This document shows positions 8,113 through 13,516 of a stretch of DNA of 13,516 nucleotides, one piece after another. The DNA comes from a virus (taxonomy: Duplodnaviria > Heunggongvirae > Uroviricota > Caudoviricetes): IMG/VR virus record IMGVR_UViG_2541047764_000010; one strand, written 5' to 3'. The notes under the pieces were generated by a model that searched no databases, was not told where the DNA came from, and saw only the letters and a list, made by a program, of their open reading frames with translations. Made by a program: the position numbers and the translations under genes. The stretch's first letter is position 1; each line of letters opens with the position of its first letter.

Positions 8113-9012
8113 TTATTTGATTATTTCTTTTATAAAGACTTCTTTCGGTTGGTATTTTTTATCTGATGATTTGAGCTGGTACGTTATTGTTATATCAGCA
8201 CGTACAGAAAATTTACCTGCAAAATCTGATGGGTTTACGTTGGGGCCAAGAACCATATTTACTCTTCGATCTATTAATCCAGGGATAACAGCAGCCCAAC
8301 CTTTCTCTGGATTGTCGAGGTCTAATGCACGGATTTCAACATCAACATCAAAATGATCCTGAGTATATGACTCTGGTGTGAAGACAACTTCAGTTGGGGC
8401 TTTTTTAATGGTTTCAGCGGGAATGGTCACTGTACCACCCCCTGTACCTATGACCATCGTAGATCCTTCGTCTGCCCTAGCTGGGGCAAGCGTCTTAATG
8501 GAACTTTTGGCAAGAGTCTTCTTATTGGTTACCGTGCTTTCTATGATTGCTTGAAGACGGTCAGGTGAAATATTAGCCTCACCGGCACCAATATTGATGA
8601 TTGTATTGTTATTTGCTTCAAAGTGGGAGGTGTTGCTTGGAGCCATAGCCTTAGTTGCTAGAACTAAGCCATATCCAACCAGACCAATAACAACAGCACC
8701 AACGAGAGCGTTTCTCATTTTCCCATTTCCGATCTTTGCATGAGCGCCAGCAAGAAACTTGTCCATTTCTTCTTGGCTACCAAAGAGGAGTTTAATAACA
8801 ATATCTTCATAAAGGCTTCCTGCTTCTAATCGCGCAACATGCACCGATATATCAAGGATATTAGCCCCTGTCAGTTCCTGCAAAACACCTTCTGATTGTT
8901 TTGCGATGGCCTCCCACCCTTGAAGGGAGGTAATCACATCTTTGATGCTTACAGGTTCTTTAGTTGAATAATATATGTTTTCGGTAAAGGTTAAAGATAA
9001 TTCTTGGGACAT
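8113..9012 (-). CDS. Unrecognised 299-aa single-pass membrane protein in the cI-distal immunity-region slot (rexAB-equivalent); candidate exclusion/defence protein
   Basis: A long ORF with a GAGGG Shine-Dalgarno 6 nt upstream of the ATG and a terminator after the stop. One strongly hydrophobic segment (NALVGAVVIGLVGYGLVLATKA, about residues 103-125) has K/R on its N-terminal side. The gene looks AT-rich relative to its flanks. No homology recognised. Confidence 0.7.
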   Translation of the reverse strand: MSQELSLTFTENIYYSTKEPVSIKDVITSLQGWEAIAKQSEGVLQELTGANILDISVHVARLEAGSLYEDIVIKLLFGSQEEMDKFLAGAHAKIGNGKMRNALVGAVVIGLVGYGLVLATKAMAPSNTSHFEANNNTIINIGAGEANISPDRLQAIIESTVTNKKTLAKSSIKTLAPARADEGSTMVIGTGGGTVTIPAETIKKAPTEVVFTPESYTQDHFDVDVEIRALDLDNPEKGWAAVIPGLIDRRVNMVLGPNVNPSDFAGKFSVRADITITYQLKSSDKKYQPKEVFIKEIIK

Positions 9013-9141
9013 CCGAGCCCTCGCTGTTTCTTTCGATTTGCTGTGTTAAGCTAATATTTTAATATCCATGTTTCTGTTTGCTTGCAGTGTGTTTCTCACC
9101 ACCATCCAAACGTACTGGTTACTAGCTATGTGATGATGAAG

Positions 9142-9849
9142 TCATGAACTTTTCAGCCATTCCCTGGCCTCGATGTCATCTAGGTGGCGAGATTGCTTCA
9201 GAATACCAGCTACATACTCCACCTTTGCTACTTGATGATAAGGCAACGTTATTGGCCTGTGGTCTTGGTTGATGCTTGTAAATTGGTATTCTCCGTCTCT
9301 GTCATAGCCAAGAACCTTGATCATGTTGTGCCCTTCAATGGTTCTGACAAACACCTCATCACCTGGGAATACTTTGGTGTTAGGCTCAATGAGTACATAT
9401 TCTCCTGATTTTATTCTGGGCCACATGCTGTCTCCTTTTACACGAAGACCAAAGGCATCTGGATCATCGCTATAAATCTTGAGCCACCCATCGCGCTCTT
9501 CGGTCATCTCGATGGCACCATCAACACCAAGAATTGCCTCACCAACCACGCGCACTAACCCTTTTTTTAATTTGCCAACAATTGAAAAAGTATCTTCATC
9601 ATTCGCTCCATTTAACGAAGTGCCGTGCTGAAGCCAAACAACATCAACGTTTAGAAATTTCGCAAGCGCATTCATTTTTTCCTGGCGTGGTAAAGACTCA
9701 GCATTAAACCATTTGCTAACGCCTTTGGACGAAAGAGAAAGGGCACGGGCTATGGCCATTCCCCTACCATGTTCATCAAGACCAGCTTCTTTACAGGCTT
9801 GCGCTAGCCGCTGGGCGAATTCTTTGCGCACTTTTTCATTCTGAACCAT
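9142..9849 (-). CDS. cI: cI-type prophage repressor (N-terminal HTH plus C-terminal S24 LexA-like autopeptidase domain)
   Basis: A 235-aa ORF divergent from cro. The C-terminal region has the S24 signature (GDSMWP Ser nucleophile context, conserved Lys in IKVLGYD). The N-terminal region has an HTH-like segment (GMAIARALSLSSKGVSKW). The sequence differs from lambda cI, so this is a different immunity type. Confidence 0.85.
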   Translation of the reverse strand: MVQNEKVRKEFAQRLAQACKEAGLDEHGRGMAIARALSLSSKGVSKWFNAESLPRQEKMNALAKFLNVDVVWLQHGTSLNGANDEDTFSIVGKLKKGLVRVVGEAILGVDGAIEMTEERDGWLKIYSDDPDAFGLRVKGDSMWPRIKSGEYVLIEPNTKVFPGDEVFVRTIEGHNMIKVLGYDRDGEYQFTSINQDHRPITLPYHQVAKVEYVAGILKQSRHLDDIEAREWLKSS

Positions 9850-9912
9850 GAGTACGATACTAAAGCACTTGCAAAAACTTTCAGTTCAACCATAATGCGT
9901 ACTGAAAGTACG
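9842..9912. promoter_or_regulatory. OR region: candidate pR promoter and three 15-bp operator sites
   Basis: Plus-strand TTGCAA (9869..9874), a 16-bp spacer and CATAAT (9891..9896) give a plausible pR. Candidate operators are TGAACCatgAGTACG (9842..9856, overlapping the cI start codon), AAAACTttcAGTTCA (9874..9888) and the perfect palindrome CGTACTgaaAGTACG (9898..9912, over the predicted pR start). Confidence 0.5.
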
Positions 9913-9927
9913 AAAAAGGACATTCCT

Positions 9928-10155
9928 ATGCAAAATCTTGATGAGCCGATTAAAGGTGTCGGCATCCCTGAAGTTGCGAAGGCTTGTGGAGTTAGCGAAA
10001 GGGCTGTCTATAAGTGGCTCAAAAACGGCTTCCTCCCTAAGACTGAGTTTTTTGGGAAAACGAAATACGCATCAAAAATCGAAGAGATTTCTGGTGGCAA
10101 ATATCAAGCAAGCGAAATGCTTGAAATAAGCAAAAAGAACCTTCTGGCAGCATAA
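9928..10155 (+). CDS. cro: Cro-like HTH repressor (75 aa)
   Basis: The ATG at 9928 has an AAGGA Shine-Dalgarno 7 nt upstream. The product MQNLDEPIKGVGIPEVAKACGVSERAVYKWLKNG... has an HTH and is divergent from cI. The upstream ATG at 9895 lies inside the promoter/operator and lacks a Shine-Dalgarno. Confidence 0.75.
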   Translation: MQNLDEPIKGVGIPEVAKACGVSERAVYKWLKNGFLPKTEFFGKTKYASKIEEISGGKYQASEMLEISKKNLLAA

Positions 10156-10162
10156 GTAACAC

Positions 10163-10197
10163 CGCTCTTTATCAATCTGCACCGCCGACAACGCGGT
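10163..10197 (+). promoter_or_regulatory. nutR: nutR (boxA CGCTCTTTA plus P22-type boxB)
   Basis: CGCTCTTTA at 10163..10171 and ACCGCCGACAACGCGGT at 10181..10197, matching the P22 nutR boxB as I recall it, immediately downstream of cro. Confidence 0.85.
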
Positions 10198-10239
10198 AAC
10201 TAATTAAGAACTCATCGAAAGATGCGTATTAGTGATTAT

Positions 10240-10284
10240 TTACCTATGGAAATAGTAAGAAATGGAACAAACAAATTACAGCAA
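10240..10284 (-). promoter_or_regulatory. Candidate cII-dependent pRE promoter (TTGC-N6-TTGT box) on the minus strand overlapping the cII start
   Basis: The minus strand reads TTGCTGTAATTTGT (plus 10271..10284), resembling the TTGC-N6-TTGC cII recognition repeat, followed about 20 nt later by TACTAT as a possible -10. Confidence 0.3.
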
Positions 10285-10561
10285 ACTATCACAGCGCGAC
10301 GTTGATCGCGCAGAAACAGATTTACTTATCAACCTGTCAACGCTTACTCAGCGCGGTCTGGCAAAGATGATTGGCTGTCATGAATCGAAGATAAGCAGAA
10401 CAGACTGGAGGTTTATAGCTTCGGTCTTGTGTGCTTTTGGCATGGCATCAGACATCAGTCCGATTAGCAGAGCTTTTAAGTATGCGCTTGATGAAATCAC
10501 CAATAAAAAACGCCCGGTGTGCAAGACCGAGCGTTCTGAACAAATCCAGATGGAGTTCTGA
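10262..10561 (+). CDS. cII: cII transcriptional activator (lysogeny establishment)
   Basis: A 99-aa ORF whose C-terminus ...TNKKRP..TERSEQIQMEF matches the lambda cII C-terminus; the N-terminal half is divergent but contains an HTH-like segment. It sits between nutR and O. Confidence 0.85.
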   Translation: MEQTNYSKLSQRDVDRAETDLLINLSTLTQRGLAKMIGCHESKISRTDWRFIASVLCAFGMASDISPISRAFKYALDEITNKKRPVCKTERSEQIQMEF

Positions 10562-10583
10562 GGTCATTACTGGATCTATCAAC
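10503..10583 (-). ncRNA. oop: OOP-like antisense RNA with its pO promoter just upstream
   Basis: The minus-strand sequence from about 10583 (GUUGAUAGAUCCAGUAAUGACCUCAGAACUCCAUCUGGAUUUGUUCAGAACGCUCGG...) matches lambda oop RNA as recalled and ends in a CGCUCGG/CCGGGCG hairpin plus U6 (plus 10505..10533). A minus-strand CATAAT (plus 10591..10596) and TTGCTG (plus 10614..10619) with a 17-bp spacer match lambda pO. Confidence 0.7.
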
Positions 10584-10593
10584 AGGAGTCATT

Positions 10594-11493
10594 ATGACAA
10601 ATACAGCAAAAATACTCAACTTCGGCAGAGGTAACTTTGCCGGACAGGAGCGTAATGTGGCAGATCTCGATGATGGTTACGCCAGACTATCAAATATGCT
10701 GCTTGAGGCTTATTCGGGCGCAGATCTGACCAAGCGACAGTTTAAAGTGCTGCTTGCCATTCTGCGTAAAACCTATGGGTGGAATAAACCAATGGACAGA
10801 ATCACCGATTCTCAACTTAGCGAGATTACAAAGTTACCTGTCAAACGGTGCAATGAAGCCAAGTTAGAACTCGTCAGAATGAATATTATCAAGCAGCAAG
10901 GCGGCATGTTTGGACCAAACAAAAACATCTCAGAATGGTGCATCCCTCAAAACGAGGGAAAATCCCCTAAAACGAGGGATAAAACATCCCTCAAATTGGG
11001 GGATTGCTATCCCTCAAAACAGGGGGACACAAAAGACACTATTACAAAAGAAAAAAGAAAAGATTATTCGTCCGAGAATTCTGGCGAATCCTCTGACCAG
11101 CCAGAAAACGATCTTTCTGTGGTTAAACCGGATGCTGCAATTCAGAGCGGCAGTAAGTGGGGAACAGCAGAAGACCTGACCGCCGCAGAGTGGATGTTTG
11201 ACATGGTGAAGACCATCGCGCCATCAGCCAGAAAACCGAATTTTGCTGGGTGGGCTAACGATATCCGCCTGATGCGTGAACGTGACGGACGTAACCACCG
11301 CGATATGTGTGTGCTTTTCCGCTGGGCCTGCCAGGACAACTTCTGGTCCGGTAACGTGCTGAGTCCGGCCAAACTCCGCGACAAGTGGACCCAGCTCGAA
11401 ATCAACCGTAACAAGCAACAGGCTGGCGTGACAGCCGGAAAACCAAAACTCGACCTGACAAACACTGACTGGATTTACGGGGTGGATCTATGA
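10594..11493 (+). CDS. O: Replication initiator O (origin-binding protein)
   Basis: The 299-aa translation MTNTAKILNFGRGNFAGQERNVADLDDGYARLSNMLLEAYSGADLTKRQFKVLLAILRKTYGWNKPMDRITDSQLSEI... matches lambda O and contains the ori iterons. Confidence 0.95.
   Translation: MTNTAKILNFGRGNFAGQERNVADLDDGYARLSNMLLEAYSGADLTKRQFKVLLAILRKTYGWNKPMDRITDSQLSEITKLPVKRCNEAKLELVRMNIIKQQGGMFGPNKNISEWCIPQNEGKSPKTRDKTSLKLGDCYPSKQGDTKDTITKEKRKDYSSENSGESSDQPENDLSVVKPDAAIQSGSKWGTAEDLTAAEWMFDMVKTIAPSARKPNFAGWANDIRLMRERDGRNHRDMCVLFRWACQDNFWSGNVLSPAKLRDKWTQLEINRNKQQAGVTAGKPKLDLTNTDWIYGVDL
10942..11075. repeat. Lambda-type replication origin inside O: four ~18-bp iterons followed by an AT-rich unwinding region
   Basis: The iterons are ATCCCTCAAAACGAGGGA (10942..10959), ATCCCCTAAAACGAGGGA (10962..10979), ATCCCTCAAATTGGGGGA (10986..11003) and ATCCCTCAAAACAGGGGGA (11009..11027), followed by an A-rich tract to about 11075. 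Confidence 0.9.
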
Positions 11494-12191
11494 AAAACAT
11501 CGCCGCACAGATGGTTAACTTTGACCGTGAGCAGATGCGTCGGATCGCCAACAACATGCCGGAACAGTACGACGAAAAGCCACAGGTACAGCAGGTAGCG
11601 CAGATCATCAACGGTGTGTTCAGCCAGTTACTGGCAACTTTCCCGGCGAGCCTGGCTAACCGTGACCAGAACGAACTGAACGAAATCCGCCGCCAGTGGG
11701 TTCTGGCTTTCCGGGAAAACGGGATCACCACAATGGAACAGGTTAACGCAGGAATGCGCGTAGCCCGTCGGCAGAATCGACCATTTCTGCCATCACCCGG
11801 GCAGTTTGTTGCATGGTGCCGGGAAGAAGCATCCGTTATCGCCGGACTGCCAAACGTCAGCGAGCTGGTTGATATGGTTTACGAGTATTGCCGGAAGCGA
11901 GGCCTGTATCCGGATGCGGAGTCTTATCCGTGGAAATCAAATGCGCACTACTGGCTGGTTACCAACCTGTATCAGAACATGCGGGCCAATGCGCTTACTG
12001 ATGCGGAATTACGCCGTAAGGCCGCAGATGAGCTTGTCCATATGACTGCGAGAATTAACCGTGGTGAGGCGATCCCTGAACCAGTAAAACAACTTCCTGT
12101 CATGGGCGGTAGACCTCTAAATCGTGCACAGGCTCTGGCGAAGATCGCAGAAATCAAAGCTAAGTTCGGACTGAAAGGAGCAAGTGTATGA
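11490..12191 (+). CDS. P: Replication protein P (DnaB helicase loader)
   Basis: The 233-aa translation MKNIAAQMVNFDREQMRRIANNMPEQYDEKPQVQQVAQIINGVFSQLLATFPASLANRDQNEL... matches lambda P. It has ATGA overlap with the O stop. Confidence 0.95.
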   Translation: MKNIAAQMVNFDREQMRRIANNMPEQYDEKPQVQQVAQIINGVFSQLLATFPASLANRDQNELNEIRRQWVLAFRENGITTMEQVNAGMRVARRQNRPFLPSPGQFVAWCREEASVIAGLPNVSELVDMVYEYCRKRGLYPDAESYPWKSNAHYWLVTNLYQNMRANALTDAELRRKAADELVHMTARINRGEAIPEPVKQLPVMGGRPLNRAQALAKIAEIKAKFGLKGASV

Positions 12192-12478
12192 CGGGCAAAG
12201 AGGCAATTATTCATTACCTGGGGACGCATAATAGCTTCTGTGCGCCGGACGTTGCCGCGCTAACAGGCGCAACAGTAACCAGCATAAATCAGGCCGCGGC
12301 TAAAATGGCACGGGCAGGTCTTCTGGTTATCGAAGGTAAGGTCTGGCGAACGGTGTATTACCGGTTTGCTACCAGGGAAGAACGGGAAGGAAAGATGAGC
12401 ACGAACCTGATTTTCAAGGAGTGTCGCCAGAGTGCCGCGATGAAACGGGTATTGGCGGTATATGGAGTTAAAAGATGA
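12188..12478 (+). CDS. ren: Ren (protection from Rex exclusion)
   Basis: The 96-aa translation MTGKEAIIHYLGTHNSFCAPDVAALTGATVTSINQAAAKMARAGLLVIEGKVWRTVYYRFATREEREGK... matches lambda Ren. It overlaps the P stop. Confidence 0.9.
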   Translation: MTGKEAIIHYLGTHNSFCAPDVAALTGATVTSINQAAAKMARAGLLVIEGKVWRTVYYRFATREEREGKMSTNLIFKECRQSAAMKRVLAVYGVKR

Positions 12479-12503
12479 CCATCTACATTACTGAGCTAAT
12501 AAC

Positions 12504-12535
12504 AGGCCTGCTGGTAATCGCAGGCCTTTTTATTT
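12504..12535 (+). terminator. Rho-independent terminator between ren and ninB (tR2-equivalent)
   Basis: An AGGCCTGC-tggtaatc-GCAGGCCT hairpin (perfect 8-bp stem, 12504..12527) is followed by TTTTTATTT. Confidence 0.8.
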
Positions 12536-12551
12536 GGGGGAGAGGGAAGTC

Positions 12552-12992
12552 ATGAAAAAACTAACCTTTGAAATTCGATCTCCAGCACATCAGCAAAACG
12601 CTATTCACGCAGTACAGCAAATCCTTCCAGACCCAACCAAACCAATCGTAGTAACCATTCAGGAACGCAACCGCAGCTTAGACCAAAACAGGAAGCTATG
12701 GGCCTGCTTAGGTGACGTCTCTCGTCAGGTTGAATGGCATGGTCGCTGGCTGGATGCAGAAAGCTGGAAGTGTGTGTTTACCGCAGCATTAAAGCAGCAG
12801 GATGTTGTTCCTAACCTTGCCGGGAATGGCTTTGTGGTAATAGGCCAGTCAACCAGCAGGATGCGTGTAGGCGAATTTGCGGAGCTATTAGAGCTTATAC
12901 AGGCATTCGGTACAGAGCGTGGCGTTAAGTGGTCAGACGAAGCGAGACTGGCTCTGGAGTGGAAAGCGAGATGGGGAGATCGGGCTGCATGA
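12552..12992 (+). CDS. ninB: NinB (Orf homologue; recombination mediator of the nin region)
   Basis: From the ATG at 12552 the product is MKKLTFEIRSPAHQQNAIHAVQQILPDPTKPIVVTIQERNRSLDQNRKLWACLGDVSRQVEWHGRWLD... (146 aa), matching lambda NinB. The track ORF starts 6 codons upstream at a less likely ATG. Confidence 0.9.
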   Translation: MKKLTFEIRSPAHQQNAIHAVQQILPDPTKPIVVTIQERNRSLDQNRKLWACLGDVSRQVEWHGRWLDAESWKCVFTAALKQQDVVPNLAGNGFVVIGQSTSRMRVGEFAELLELIQAFGTERGVKWSDEARLALEWKARWGDRAA

Positions 12993-13516
12993 CTATCAAA
13001 TCAAATACGCCAGCACACGACAAGGACTGCTGGCAAACGCCGCTTTGGCTTTTTGATGCACTGGATATTGAGTTTGGATTCTGGCTGGATTCGGCAGCGA
13101 GCGACAAAAATGCTCTGTGTGCTCACTGGCTAACTGAGGCCGACGACGCGCTCAATTCTGAGTGGGTAAGCCACGGTGCAATCTGGAATAACCCACCGTA
13201 CAGCAATATCAGGCCGTGGGTGGAAAAAGCCGCTGAGCAGTGCATACAACAGCGACAGACGGTAGTTATGCTTGTGCCAGAGGATATGTCAGTCGGATGG
13301 TTCAGCAAGGCTCTGGAGAGTGTCGACGAAGTTCGCATTATCACTGATGGACGGATTAATTTTATCGAACCATCGACAGGGCTGGAGAAGAAGGGAAACA
13401 GCAAAGGCTCCATGCTGCTGATTTGGCGACCGTTCATCAGTCCTCGACGGATGTTTACTACCGTATCCAAAGCGGCATTGATGGCGATCGGGCAGGGCGT
13501 CAGGAGGGCGGCATGA
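12989..13516 (+). CDS. Phage DNA N6-adenine methyltransferase (Dam-like, NPPY motif), 175 aa
   Basis: From the ATG at 12989 (ATGA overlap with the ninB stop) the product is MTIKSNTPAHDKDCWQTPLWLFDALDIEFGF...AIWNNPPYSNIRPW.... NPPY is the catalytic motif IV of amino-methyltransferases. Size and position in the nin region fit the phage N6A-methyltransferase family. The stop is at 13514..13516. Confidence 0.8.
   Translation: MTIKSNTPAHDKDCWQTPLWLFDALDIEFGFWLDSAASDKNALCAHWLTEADDALNSEWVSHGAIWNNPPYSNIRPWVEKAAEQCIQQRQTVVMLVPEDMSVGWFSKALESVDEVRIITDGRINFIEPSTGLEKKGNSKGSMLLIWRPFISPRRMFTTVSKAALMAIGQGVRRAA

Noticed and set aside
9105-9125. CGTACT motif at 9111..9116 upstream of the 299-aa gene as a possible sixth cI operator
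   Set aside because: Only one half-site is present; the position where the partner half-site should be (9120..9125, TACTAG) does not match. It is likely a chance hexamer.
9895-9927. Upstream ATG for cro at 9895 (86-aa form)
   Set aside because: It lies within the predicted pR -10 and operator and upstream of the likely transcription start, with no Shine-Dalgarno. The ATG at 9928 has an AAGGA.
10942-11027. Four direct repeats of about 18 bp as a possible CRISPR-like or transposon repeat array
   Set aside because: These are the lambda-type ori iterons inside the O gene, followed by the AT-rich unwinding region. They are not a CRISPR array.
8075-11731. Assorted short antisense or overlapping ORFs (8075..8356, 9184..9408, 9938..10129, 10431..10634, 10910..11179, 11142..11465, 11224..11418, 11402..11731)
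   Set aside because: Each overlaps a strongly supported gene (the 299-aa gene, cI, cro, cII, O, P) in another frame or strand. They are frame artefacts.
11806-13470. Short antisense or overlapping ORFs in the P-to-methyltransferase region (11806..12045, 11972..12229, 12925..13107, 13123..13470)
   Set aside because: Each overlaps P, ren, ninB or the methyltransferase in another frame or strand. They are frame artefacts.

Overview
This window is the early/regulatory half of a mosaic lambdoid prophage of the E. coli type, running from the stop codon of the integrase (base 1) to the stop codon of a phage adenine methyltransferase (base 13516). Leftward (minus-strand) genes run int, xis, several small accessory genes, the lambda Red block (exo-bet-gam), kil, cIII, ea10, a P22-type N with its nutL, an unrecognised 299-aa membrane protein, and cI. 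Rightward genes run cro, nutR, cII, O (containing the ori iterons), P, ren, ninB and the methyltransferase, with sieB on the plus strand between ea10 and N. The integrase is split by a complete 1195-bp IS5 element with a 4-bp TTAG target duplication, so the prophage is probably excision-defective. The most interesting candidate is the 299-aa single-pass membrane protein at 8113..9012, which sits between cI and OL/pL exactly where lambda carries rexA-rexB and which I cannot match to any known family. All product names are from my recall of lambda, P22 and IS5 sequences plus synteny, with no database search; coordinates were counted by hand and may be off by a base or two. I see no tRNA, rRNA or CRISPR array.
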